DNA of 64,000 bases from Macrostomum lignano (lineage: Eukaryota): NCBI GenBank assembly GCA_002269645.1, contig NIVC01001438.1:62001-126000 (forward strand). Reading direction: 5' to 3'. This document shows positions 12,001-24,539 of the stretch, one piece after another. The first letter of the stretch is position 1, and each line of letters opens with the position of its first letter. The notes beneath the pieces were generated by a model. The model worked only from the letters and a program-made list of their open reading frames with translations, made no database searches and was not told the origin of the DNA. The translations under genes and the position numbers were made by a program.

Positions 12001-15000
12001 ATTTTTAATACTTTGGATGTATGCATGTACTTTAAAGACTGTCGCACGAACCTGCGTTGCAGTTAATTCCTGACCAACCAGTCGGACAGACGCACTGATA
12101 TGCGTTAACTCGGTCAATGCAGCTGCCACGGACGCACGGGTTCGAACCGCATTCATTGATGTCTGAAAAGTAGTTGGCATACTTTTTGGAAATGAATCAA
12201 AAGCCCGCGCTTTGAAAACTATAGAGAACCTTACCTGTTTGACAGAGAAATCCAGTGTAACCCGGCGCGCATGCGCATTCAAAGTAGGTGCTCGTTGTAC
12301 GGCAAGTCCCGCCGTTATTGCAGGGTGAGCTACTGCACAGATGCGATACGTTCACGTACACTCCGCCACTAGTTGTAGTGAGAACGAGAACTGGAGAAGT
12401 TGTTGTTGCTTTTGGTGTGGAAGTAGTCTGTGCCGCGCCTTCGCTTGTAGATGATTCTGCAATGCTATTCGTAGTTGTTTGTGAGTCTGTAGACGCAGAT
12501 GCAACAGTCACTTTGGTACCTGACGATGTTGCGTCTGACAAATGCGAAGTTGTTTCCGATGATATAGCAGTTGTTGCCTCGCTTGATGATGCAGTAGGAG
12601 TTACCGTTGACTCTATTGTAGCCTGTGCTGTGTTAGATATCTCAGTGGTGCCAAATGTCTCCCTAGAGGGTGCAGGAGTTGCTGTCAACTCAATTGTAGG
12701 CTGGGTTGTTTCGGATGTGCCCGTTCCCTCGGGGGTTGGCGATGGAGTTAACGTTAGCTCCATGGTTGTTGCAGTTACTCCGGTTGTGTCAGTTACTCCA
12801 GTTGTGTCAGTTACTCCAGTTGTGTCAGTTACTCTGGTTGTGTCAGTTACTCCAGTTGTGTCAGTTACTCCAGTTGTGTCAGTTACTCTGGTTGTATCAG
12901 GTACTCCAGCTGTGTCAGTTACTCCGGTTGTATCAGGTACTCCAGTTGTGTCAGTTACTCCAGTTGTGTCAGTGACCTCGAGGGACGGTGTTGGAGACGG
13001 TGTCGGCTCTACCGTTGTGTCAGTTGCCTCCGTTGTGTCAGTGACCTCGGGGGACGGTGTTGGAGACGGTGTCGGCTCTACCGTTGTGTCAGTCGCCTCC
13101 GTTGTGTCAGTCGCCTCCGTTGTGTCAGTGACCTCGGGGGACGGTGTTGGAGTCGGTGTCGGCTCTACCGTTGTGTCAGTCGCCTCAGTTGTGTCAGTTG
13201 CCTCCGTTGTGTCAGTGACCTCGGGGGACGGTGTTGGAGTCGGTGTCGGCTCTACCGTTGTGTCAGTCGCCTCAGTTGTGTCAGTTGCCTCCGTTGTGTC
13301 AGTGACCTCGGGGGACGGTGTTGGAGTCGGTGTCGGCTCTACCGTTGTTTCAGTCGCCTCAGTTGTGTCAGTCGCCTCAGTTGTGTCAGTCGCCTCCGTT
13401 GTGTCAATCGCCTCCGTTGTGTCAGTGACCTCGGGGGACGGTGTTGGAGACGGTGTCGGCTCTACCGTTGTGTCAGTCGCCTCCGTTGTGTCAGTCGCCT
13501 CCGTTGTGTCAGTCGCCTCCGTTGTGTCAGTCGCCTCCGTTGTGTCAGTCGCCTCCGTTGTGTCAGTCGCCTCCGTTGTGTCAGTGATCTCGGGGGACGG
13601 TGTTGGAGACGGTGTCGGCTCTACCGTTGTGTCAGTCGCCTCCGTTGTGTCAGTGACCTCGGGGGACGGTGTTGGAGACGGTGTCGGCTCTACCGTTGTG
13701 TCAGTCACCTCAGTTGTGTCAGTCGCCTCCGTTGTGTCAGTCGCCTCCGTTGTGTCAGTCGCCTCCGTTGTGTCAGTGACCTCGAGGGACGGTGTTGGAG
13801 ACGGTGTCGGCTCTACCGTTGTGTCAGTCGCTTCAGTTGTGTCAGTCGCCTCCGTTGTGTCAGTCGCCTCCGTTGTGTCAGTGACCTCGGGGGACGGTGT
13901 TGGAGACGGTGTCGGCTCTACCGTTGTGTCAGTCGATTCTGTTGTGTCAGTCGCTTCAGTTGTGTCAGTCGCCTCCGTTGTGTCAGTGACCTCGGGGGAC
14001 GGTGTTGGAGTCGGTGTCGGCTCTACCGTTGTGTCAGTCGCCTCAGTTGTGTCAGTTGCCTCCGTTGTGTCAGTGACCTCGGGGGACGGTGTTGGAGTCG
14101 GTGTCGGCTCTACCGTTGTTTCAGTCGCCTCAGTTGTGTCAGTCGCCTCCGTTGTGTCAGTCGCCTCCGTTGTGTCAGTCGCCTCCGTTGTGTCAGTCGC
14201 CTCCGTTGTGTCAGTGACCTCGGGGACGGTGTTGGAGACGGTGTCGGCTCTACCGTTGTGTCAGTCGCCTCCGTTGTGTCAGTCGCCTCCGTTGTGTCAG
14301 TCGCCTCCGTTGTGTCAGTGACCTCGGGGGACGGTGTTGGAGACGGTGTCGGCTCTACCGTTGTGTCAGTCGCCTCCGTTGTGTCAGTCGCCTCCGTTGT
14401 GTCAGTCGCCTCCGTTGTGTCAGTGATCTCGGGGGACGGTGTTGGAGACGGTGTCAGCTCTACCGTTGTGTCAGTCGCTTCAGTTGTGTCAGTCGCCTCC
14501 GTTGTGTCAGTGACCTCGGGGGACGGTGTTGGAGACGGTGTCGGCTCTACCGTTGCGTCAGTCGCCTCCGTTGTGTCAGTCGCCTCCGTTGTGTCAGTCG
14601 CCTCCGTTGTGTCAGTCGCCTCCGTTGTGTCAGTCGCCTCCGTTGTGTCAGTGATCTCGGGGGACGGTGTTGGAGACGGTGTCAGCTCTACCGTTGTGTC
14701 AGTCGCTTCAGTTGTGTCAGTCGCCTCCGTTGTGTCAGTGACCTCGGGGGACGGTGTTGGAGACGGTGTCGGCTCTACCGTTGTGTCAGTCACCTCAGTT
14801 GTGTCAGTCGCCTCCGTTGTGTCAGTCGCCTCCGTTGTGTCAGTCGCCTCTGTTGTGTCAGTGACCTCGGGGGACGGTGTTGGAGACGGTGTCGGCTCTA
14901 CCGTTGTGTCAGTCGCCTCAGTTGTGTCAGTCGCCTCCGTTGTGTCAGTCGCCTCCGTTGTGTCAGTCGCCTCCGTTGTGTCAGTCGCCTCTGTTGTGTC

Positions 15001-15863
15001 AGTGACCTCGGGGGACGGTGTTGGAGACGGTGTCGGCTCTACCGTTGTGTCAGTCGCCTCAGTTGTGTCAGTCGCCTCCGTTGTGTCAGTCGCCTCCGTT
15101 GTGTCAGTCGCCTCCGTTGTGTCAGTCGCCTCCGTTGTGTCAGTGACCTCGGGGGACGGTGTTGGAGACGGTGTCGGCTCTACCGTTGTGTCAGTCGCCT
15201 CAGTTGTGTCAGTCGCTTCTGTTGTGTCAGTCGCCTCCGTTGTGTCAGTCGCCTCCGTTGTGTCAGTCGCTTCTGTTGTGTCAGTGACCTCGGGGGACGG
15301 TGTTGGAGACGGTGTCGGCTCTACCGTTGTGTCAGTCGCCTCAGTTGTGTCAGTCGCCTCCGTTGTGTCAGTCGCCTCCGTTGTGTCAGTCGCTTCTGTT
15401 GTGTCAGTCGCCTCCGTTGTGTCAGTATCCTCGGGAGACGGTACAGGTGTCGGTGTCGGTTTGACGGTAGTGTCAGTGGCCTCCGTTGTGTCAGCAACTG
15501 TCACTGGAGTCGGCGTCGGCTCCATGGGTGTGTCAGTAGTTGAGGCTTGCCCATTTGAGTCTGTTTATGCAATTATGTTAATTAATTTTCAAATAAACCG
15601 AACTTTATGCTTAATAATGCCATACAACTACGATAAATTAAAATGGAATCATTTCTAGGTAAATTTTCACTGACTAGATCAGCGATGATCTGGCTATCAG
15701 CCTTGTCGTCGATGTTCATTTTATGCTAAGCTTGAAACAAAATTACATGGAATTGACAACCTTTAATAAAAAATTTTTTTAATAGCTCGTTCCCGAAGAA
15801 CTTACCCAGCAGTGCCAGTGCTATTACAAGGCCTATGAGCAGCCGAATAGCACTGCATCGCAT
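5928..15863 (-). CDS. MUC4-like type I transmembrane mucin, 13 coding exons: 15863-15806, 15560-12235, 12162-12052, 11959-11843, 11742-11609, 11508-11122, 11018-10115, 10035-9281, 9197-8741, 8647-8462, 8218-7956, 6919-6733, 6061-5928
   Basis: All 12 introns are GT-AG with matching phases. The spliced length is 7020 nt (2339 aa + stop) if one G is restored at ~14222. Domain order SP-PTS-EGFx3-NIDO-AMOP-vWD(GDPH)-EGF-TM matches the MUC4/SUSD2/Mesh superfamily. Confidence 0.92.
6733..8647 (-). CDS. Mucin exons 10-12: membrane-proximal EGF cluster and Ser/Thr stalk
   Basis: Exons 8462-8647, 7956-8218 (DTNEC.., DINEC..) and 6733-6919 ([11 protein letters not shown]..) with consistent phases. Confidence 0.9.
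7240..7780 (+). mobile_element. Decayed 3' fragment of a non-LTR retrotransposon (related to the copy at 54.4-55.3 kb) in mucin intron 11
   Basis: GC-rich insert. It shares gccccctgcagctaag and cgcctcctcgctg with the 3' end of the 54-kb LINE and has vestigial C..C..FI.C/PAF and FLR..R motifs. Confidence 0.6.
8741..10035 (-). CDS. Mucin exons 8-9: vWD domain with GDPH autocleavage site, then a cadherin-like/Ig-like segment
   Basis: [40 protein letters not shown], and a C..CMYD motif spanning the exon 8/9 junction. Confidence 0.9.
10115..11742 (-). CDS. Mucin exons 5-7: NIDO and AMOP domains
   Basis: [28 protein letters not shown] (NIDO); CKKW..E, CP.D..QA..DWRY, CCY..G.L (AMOP). Confidence 0.88.
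11843..12162 (-). CDS. Mucin exons 3-4: two calcium-binding EGF domains
   Basis: [35 protein letters not shown] (12052-12162) and [38 protein letters not shown] (11843-11959); phase 1-1 exons. Confidence 0.92.
12235..15560 (-). CDS. Mucin exon 2: Thr/Pro/Glu/Asp-rich tandem-repeat domain (TEATDT hexapeptides and [16 protein letters not shown] modules) plus first EGF
   Basis: 18-bp and ~48-bp coding repeats; ends [34 protein letters not shown]|gtaag; 1-bp loss at 14222-14225. Confidence 0.9.
15806..15863 (-). CDS. Mucin exon 1: signal peptide [19 protein letters not shown]
   Basis: ATG at 15863, hydrophobic core, phase-1 GTAAGT donor matching the exon 2 acceptor (aaacag|AC). Confidence 0.85.
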
Positions 15864-16462
15864 ATTTGGCTAGGAAATCGAGAGTATAGAAATTACAATT
15901 GAAACTGTGTATTACGTGTGCGGTACTATTCAATAGAGAATTTTAAAAAATTATCTTCTTCGATTGCAGCAAATGCGAAAGTCCAATGCTTTTATGTACA
16001 CCAGATCTATTATAACTAGACAATTCTCATTCGCTAACGCACTTCTGTACTAAGACGCCAGAGCCGTGCATTTAAACCATTTATTAATTTTTTTCTATTC
16101 TTTAAGACGGTGAGGCTTGAAGACAATGAAGTAGAGGCGATCTCATTGGCTGTCCTAGGTACGGCACACAAACTTTACAGTGTGAGCTCATCCCTCCGGA
16201 ATTTTCTAGCTCGCATAACCTCTGTTCCAAGTTATCCGTTTCGAATATGAAAAACTTGAACTGCTTTTATTGCCCTAATTTTCAGTCTAGCCATTGCGTC
16301 CTGCGTCCTGCGGCGGACGACTCGAAAATATTGTTACACGATTTACGATTGATGCACGAACTTTTTATTGCTTATTGTCTGCGATACCAAACGCAGAAAA
16401 TTCCGCCACCGTCTAGAATAATGACTGGAGGGTAGAAGACTCGAGTTTCGATTTTAGTAGAT

Positions 16463-17038
<576 letters not shown>

Positions 17039-17899
17039 AAGTTAGCTTAAATAAACTCTTTTACAAAAGTTTCTATTTCTTTTTTCTAAGGACACCCTGA
17101 AAGCCCAACTCATCAGTTCTATTATTAGCTCAGACCACGCGAGAAGCGAGTGCCGCAAAACTGCTTTAAGCCTAAGTTGTCTGCCACGCGGATGGTAGTT
17201 AAATGCTTTATAAAAAAATTGCCATCCAAACCCCCTTTCATAAAACTTCTTTTCACAACCCACGGGCGCATCTGAGCAGGAGAATAGACAATAAGAAGTA
17301 GAAACTGAAGGAGTAGGAAAATAAAAAAGTACACAATTGTAGCTGAAAAGCATCACGCCACTCTGCATGCACTCTACTGCTACTACAAGTATAACATAAG
17401 TGATCATATACTCGTGCGAGTACACTACAAGACATAAATAAACATTTGTCCAGGCAAATTGACCTATGGACGAGTAAACAACTGAGTAAATATTAATGTC
17501 TAAAATAGAGCACAGTCGACGTATGACCCAAAAATATACATGATCTGCAAACATGTACTAGTACATTTAATAACGGTATTCCGACATTCAACGTTTCCTA
17601 TGTTGATGGACGGACCTAAATAAAAATAAATTGCTACTGTTAAATAACGCCGACTTATGACTTCACCAACAAGAATCACTGTATAAAGTTCTCTTGTAGG
17701 AAATACACAATCACAGTTTATTCCGCAATTACACACTTACATTGACATGTGTACCTACCTCGTAACGCGGAGTTAGTTGATGTTTTTAACAAACTTGTAC
17801 TCGTACTACATGCGTATGACAATGTACTGTACAGATTCAAGGTTAAATTGAATACAATAAAGGGCTCAGCTCAGTTCATCATCAATATTCCGTTAATTC

Positions 17900-18200
17900 G
17901 GTCGTCAGGTCGATCTGTGCTCCAAAAGGTGCTTCGTGCCAGAGCAGCTGATTTCCGCCATCACGATGTACCGTGATACAAAAGCTGCTGTTTCAACATC
18001 GGACGGCCTATCGGACTTCTTTGAGACATCCTCCGGGTGCTTCAGGGAGATAACACTTGCGCCGTTTCTGTTCGTTCTGGTGCTTGGCTGGGTGCTGCGG
18101 ACCGCTCTTCCTACCAACGACGACGGCTTTCTGTTGCGGCGACGCTTGGTTCGACGTCAATCGGAGAGGCGGCTCAGCGTGCTTGGCTACGCTTGGCTAC
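17900..18200 (+). mobile_element. Degenerate non-LTR (RTE-like) reverse transcriptase fragment
   Basis: PEQLISAI..YRDT, (QGD)TLAPFLFVLVL.WVLR, RLSVLGYA with the YADD motif eroded; frameshifted. Confidence 0.8.
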
Positions 18201-18222
18201 TCTACGTTCCTCTCCATCACAG

Positions 18223-20312
18223 TGTAAACTAAGCAAAAGGCAGGTTTGAGCTAGTCCGAGAAAACACGAAGAGGCTAAAGCCAAGCGGGATATTTTATAT
18301 TTGCTTTTGCAATGTACACTGGCGATTGTACACTGAGCATAAAACACATAAGTTCACGCGCACGCGAGAGCGAAACTGATGCTATTTACATCACTCCCTC
18401 CCTAAATTGAGGATTTTAAAAAACAATGGCTTAAAAAAAGTGACGCTTTAACTTACAATTCGAGCGCGGCAGCATGTTTGTGTGATTAGAACTGCGCAAC
18501 AAAAAATCAGGCGGTCTCCGAGTCCTCTCAGAGCGACGAGGCCCAGAAGCCGTCGGCTCGTCCAGCAGATCCGTCCAGGTCTGCCGCAGATCAACGGGAC
18601 TGGGCGGCCGGCCGTCCTCTGCAGCATGCGGGTCAGCATGCGATTCGGTAGGTGACGAGGCCGAGCTTTTCGAGAATGCGGTAGGGCCCCAGCCACCGAC
18701 GGCGGAGCGCCTTGAATTCGCCTTTCCGGACCGCCGGGTTGCTGAGCATCACCAGCTGGCCGACCTGGAACGGAGTGAAGTGATGGCGCTTGTCGTAGTG
18801 CTGCTTCCGCGACCGCTGAGTCGACAGCAGGCGCTGCCGCACGAGCTGCATTCCGGTGTGGGCGTTGGCTAGCGTGTCCGTGATGACGCGCCCCTCGCTG
18901 GTGGCCGGCAGACTGGGATCGGCGGGAATCCGGGGATCGCGCCCGTGTAGCACTGCATATGGCGATTTCTTTGTTGTCCTGTGCACCGACGAATTGTACG
19001 CCCATCCATACGGCAGGAAGTCTGCCCACTTGTCGTGCTGTTCCATGCAGTAGGCCGCCAGCATGTCGCCCAATGTTCTGTTAAACCGCTCGACCACTGG
19101 GTTGCCGCTTGGATGAAACGGGATCGTCCTTGTCTTGCGAATATCGAGCAGCTGGCACAGTTCCTTGAAGACCTCGCTTTCGAATTGACGACCTTGATCG
19201 GAATGGATGATTCCAGGCGACCCATGGCGAAGAACCACACTGCGCAGCATTGCCTCAGCCACCGTGCGGGCTTCGATGTTTGTCACTGCCGTCGCCTCGA
19301 CCCACTTTGAAAACACATCCGTGAAGCAGATGATGTGCTTCAGGCCAGCCTCGGTCGTAGGCAGGGGTCCCTTAATGTCCACCTGCACCATCTCCCACGG
19401 GGCCGATGGCACGGCGTTGTCCTGCAGTGGTGCCCTCTGGTGCTGATGTGGCACCTTACGACTCTGACAAACTTCGCAGCTGTTTACCCAGTGCTGAACG
19501 TCATCCTTGAGGCCGGGCCACCAGGCTCTGTTGACGACTCTGGCCAGTGTCCTGTCGGGTCCGAGGTGTCCATTCGCCGGATCATCGTGCAGCAACCTCA
19601 GAAGCTCCTGGCGGAGTTGACGCGGAATGACAGGCTTGCCGCTCCTTCTGATGACGCCGTCCTCACCTAGGTCCAGCTTCTCTGTCCTCAGCAGGTTCTC
19701 TGCATCCTCTGCAGCCTTGCCTCGGTGGGGCTGCTGTCCGATGAGCAGCCGTTGTGTCGCCGCCAGCACCGGGTCGTCAGTCTGCGCTGCACTGATAGCG
19801 TCGTCTGACCAGACAGGTGGCAGCCGAGTCGCCGCTGCTCGGCTTAGTGCATCTGCCACCACGTTCTCGTGACCGGGTCTGAAGAGCAGCGTGAAGTTGA
19901 TCTCTTGCAGGTAGGTGATCCACCTGGCGAGGCGGCCTTCGGGTTCCTTCGTGTTCAGCAACCCTTGCAACGGCTTGTGGTCGCTGAAGACCAGAATTTC
20001 ACCAGCTGACGCCAAGTAGTTTCGGAAGTGCTTCATTGCCCACACCATTGCAAGAAGCTCTCAGTGCGTTGTCAAGTAATTCCGCTCTGACTTGTTCAGG
20101 ACTCTCGACGCGTATATGCTACGGGACATTCAACGCCTTCGTGCAGCTGGCTGAGGACACCCGCGATGGCCACGCCGCTGCTGTCACAGCACAGACGGAA
20201 TCCTTTGGAGAAGTCCGGCAGCTTCAGCAGTGGAGGCGCCGAGAGCGCTGACTTCAGCTTCTGTAACACATAAGTTCACGCGCACGCGAGAGCGAAACTG
20301 ATGCTATTTACA
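18223..20312 (-). mobile_element. Internally deleted Ty3/Gypsy element: 48-bp 5' LTR stub, RNase H, integrase, PPT and 168-bp 3' LTR; 4-bp TSD ACAG
   Basis: 3' LTR 18223-18390 (TGTAAA...TTTACA); PPT agggagggagtga; the LTR start is repeated at 20265-20312; ACAG at 18219-18222 and 20313-20316; ORF 18633-20048 with HHCC and DD35E integrase motifs. Confidence 0.93.
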
Positions 20313-20447
20313 ACAGGATCAAGTCTCATAGACCCAGAAAAAAGGGCTACAGGTCAAAAGGGTGACAGTTACAGTGTGTGTACATTGAAATTACATGTAC
20401 AAGTTCACATGCATTAGAAGCTTGTATTTGTTAAAATGTACGAGCAA

Positions 20448-21070
20448 TTAAAATGTATTAGACTCCATTACCAAGGGTCCATCTATTTTAACCGCATTCA
20501 GTAGATCATCCACTGAACGATTGCCGCGCCTGAATTCTCTCCAGTACTTGAAGTACTGGGCCTGCATACCTCGGTATCTGGTGCGCTGCTGTACGCGGCG
20601 CATTACTCCTTGGGAGAGGAGCTGCAACTCCACGGGGATCATTAATTCGCGCTTCTTCATTGAATAGGAGCTTGCAATCAGATAGAATTGGATGTTTCCT
20701 CGCTGGGCTCTGTAGTTTAGCGCACGATGCCAGCTGTCTAAGTTGTTGGTCCGAATCGCCTGTGAAATAAAGAATATACACAAACGCGTAAATAATAAGC
20801 AGTGTACATGTAATGTGTATAAAAATTGTCGACCGGCTATCCGGGCTGCCAAAGAACATTCGTCCAACGAAAAGGATATTTAAGCAAAGTGAATAGGTTG
20901 TATGGTTCAAATACGCTCGTACTTCCGGGTACATTTCTTCCGGGTACATAGTAGGGTTTTTTTCATAACTTCACCTGTCTGTATACGGAGATGTCATGGA
21001 CCTTCCAGATGGAGCTGGTGATTCACGTCACTTGGACATAGTTGCACAGGGCAGTCGGGAGAGGTGTCGC
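20448..21070 (-). mobile_element. MULE/Mutator-like transposase C-terminal remnant with an apparent intron
   Basis: NYVQVT(W)ITSSIWKVHDISVYRQ|gt...cag|AIRTNNLDSWHRALN resembles the YF..TW...W...RTNN..E.WH..LN signature; disrupted. Confidence 0.7.
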
Positions 21071-21475
21071 GCTTTGACTTCCCCTCCCTTTTGATCGGTT
21101 CCCGCAAAAAGTAAGGCAGACCAAGCAAATTTTCGTCTAAATTACCCCCTTCTGCTCAAAGGAATCCCCATAATTGAACTTCTTGGTTCACCATCCGAGG
21201 AGGCTTATATTATTTATTTTCCTCCTAGGATCCGTTGTTTCATCAAGGTCTTTTCGTTTTCTACGCTAAATGCTTATTGAAAATAACAGGCGTGTTTTTT
21301 TAATTTGGCTACTTTAATGATATTTTCTTCAGATTCAGATTCAGATTCACACGCTAAATCCATCCGTATAATGGCCTATTAGAGTATTAGCACTTGTCAG
21401 ATTCAAAATAAAATTTCGTCCCTAAACCAAAGCAAAGTACACGTAGCGCTAGACTCTAGAGTACTATGAAAATCG

Positions 21476-24222
21476 ACATAGTATAGGCCTAGGCCTAATT
21501 AATTACTAGGTCTACTAGGAAAATCAACCAATCAATCACTTTTACTATAGGCTGTAAGGCTATAAGGTAGCCTTACAATAAGTAGGCTCCTTTGGTCCTT
21601 GTTGTCATTGTTGTTTGCAGTTATCTCCTTTGAATGTGCTTTCTTAGCCAAACTAGACTAGATCTAGGCTAGGCAGTAGAGCTAGGGCCTAGACTAGACC
21701 CTAATAAAACTAAAAGTGTAACTACTACTAGGCAAATTGTAGGTTAGAATGCTGTAGGCATGTTGTAGGTTAGAATTATACCTAATTGTTTCTATTGCCT
21801 ATAAATAAAAAATCTTATAGAATAGAATTAATCAAGTTATTGCATATTGCAAATCAAATGTATAATTAGGCCTATTAAGTAAAGTAAAAAATTCTCATAG
21901 TTTTTGAAGCCTGCTATAAAATGAAATACTTGAATTTGGGTTGTTCCCTATCACTTTAGTAAATGGCCTTTTTTAAGTTTTTATATCTGCACACATATGT
22001 GGCTTCTAGTTCTAGAAATTTCATCCATAGCCTTATTTTCACAAACTGCAAGAACTTTGTTTTACTTAATATTAAAAAAGAATAAATTAGTCAAATAAAA
22101 AAGTCAAAATAAGGAGCTATAGCTATGCACCTATAGCCATCTATAAATTTATTTTTAATTATAATTCTTTTTTTCTAAAATTCATATTAGTTAATATTTT
22201 TAATAATAATAACTCTACTAGACATAATTATTTATTAGGAGTTTAAGTAAATAAATAAAAATATGCTTAGAATAGATTAGTTAAAATTTATATTAATATA
22301 TAATTGTTTTTTTAAGAAGTCAATTTTATCTTGAAGTTAGGCCCTATATAAGAGGTATCCCAAAAGTTTAATTGATTCTACTATAGACATTGCTCTACTA
22401 GCTGCAACTATTATCACTGCTACTTTGTGGTTAATAATTTTGTACACCTTGAGATATTTGTATTTTTCTTATCATTATTGTAATTCTCCCAAATAATAGC
22501 AATAGGTCCTACTATTTTCCCTCTGGCTAATATTGCAGTAATAAAATGATATGACCCATAGAACAAGCAGTGGTATTATATTAAAACTGAATGGCTATAA
22601 AACTGCTAGTTACGCAAGTCTATTGGTAGCTTCCTAGCTTATAGATGCATATAGCAAAGATATATTATATTAATTAGCATATTATATACAAATGGTAGGA
22701 TTAGTTCAAGAGTGGCTATACTTTGAGTTTGACTTTAGACAAGCCACAATTTAAAAGACCCTGAGAAGTGCAGATTGATAGCAACATTGAGCTTATCTGT
22801 GGTTTGCTAGAAATTGATTCATGATAGACATCCAAAAAATAGTAGAACTTAGTGAAATTCCTTAATCTACCATTTATCAAATTCTTATAGAAGACATAAA
22901 GTTGCCAGTATCAATGCTTAAATGAGCTCTTTAATGAGATTATCTGATTTCTAAAACACCAAAGTGATTTATATGTTACAAAAAATGTTCAAAAATTGCT
23001 AGAATGCTAGGAACAAACCATTTTATTCAATGCATCCTATTTTGAATCCTTGTAAAAAATCAACTTTTTGATGTAATGTCAGTCGAAACTATAACATGAT
23101 TTCATAAACTTTTGGGAGGCCCTCATAGATAGTCTGTTTAACTTTATAAGTTAGGCCTAATTTGTCAATCTAGATTCCATTTTTTTACTTTATAGTTGTA
23201 ATTATAGAACTTAAATTCTAAAGCAACTATTTATTATTGGCTTATTATTATTGACAAAGGCTATATAGCCTACATATATTATTTATAAATTATGATTAAA
23301 ATAATATATGTGTTGAACAATATTTTTACTAAAATAAGAAATTTTTGATTTTCAGCATTTTATATATTGGATTTATAAGATGCAACCCTATTAATATAAT
23401 ATTTTATATGCATAAAACTATCTTCCAATCTAGTTAATCTATATGTTTTTTATTTTGATTATTGATTTAGCAACTTACCTTTAATTTGCCAAAGTTTATT
23501 CCAAAAAATTCTATAGATCTATAGTTTTATAGTCATAAATTTTTTCCTATATGTATATTTGTAGCCATATCAAATGTTTTCTTATATTCTTATCTATAGT
23601 AGCTAACTATTTTCATATAGCTTTTAATGATATAAAAAATCAATCGTAAAAGTTATTCTATTATTTGCTATAATATAATGATGAAATAAAAGTAACAGTA
23701 ATAGTTTAAATTATTACTCATTTATAGGTTTTATTTATTTATTGTATAAAAAGAATGGTTAGTACTGCATTCATCTTAACTTTATCCCCTATCACCCAAA
23801 CTATACAAAGTGCATTAATATAGCATAGAAAAGCTCTACTGCTTGAGTCTAACCCCATTTTAATAAAAAATACAATTAAACATTCTTTAATGATATTGTT
23901 TTATTTCAGTTTCAGTTATTTATTATTTTCAGTTATTTCAGTTATTTCAAGCTTCTAAAGAGACCAGAGTCAAATGCTAAGTATCTAAAGACAATGTCTG
24001 CATGCAAACCCAATAAGCAGGGTGATGGCAACAAGATAAAAGGAAAGTTTTCTAGTTTCAATATTAATTCTGTGTACAGAGGCCAAGATGTGAATCCTAG
24101 AAAGGAAGCTAGTAAGTCATGTTACCTGTTATTTCACTTTTCAATTTAAACAGTCTTCATCTTACACTAGATATAGGCTAGTTTTACACCCTATTTGAAT
24201 AAGTGTAGAAAACCTGCAGATG
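21476..24222. other. AT-rich, strongly CpG-depleted block
   Basis: Only 3 CpG found by eye (22613, 23084, 23645) in 2.75 kb; TAG/CTA-rich. Confidence 0.8.
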
Positions 24223-24539
24223 CGTGACACGGGGTCTAAAATTGTAGCTCAAAAATGTGACACAACACATGTTAACTTTTTAACTGAATACAGATGTAGT
24301 ACTAATTTGATGATGAGGCATTTAGCCTTAATAAGACAGTCATAGTTACTCTTGCTATTTACCTAAAATTGCAATTGCCATAGGCCTAAGGGAGTAAGTG
24401 TAGCTAATTGTAAAGAAATTACATTTTTCATATCAACTTTCTGGCACATTTACGGTTACAGACAATGAGCAAAAGGCTTTCTGGTAGCTGGGGATCTCTA
24501 GCGATCTCTTCCTGCAGCTAGACATCGCAGCAATACTAG

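Noticed and set aside
12288-15658. Long plus-strand Val/Ser-rich ORFs (677 and 466 aa)
   Set aside because: Antisense shadows of the mucin PTS repeats.
17042-17554. 170-aa minus-strand ORF beside the GATA array
   Set aside because: No recognisable domain or coding bias; AT-rich.
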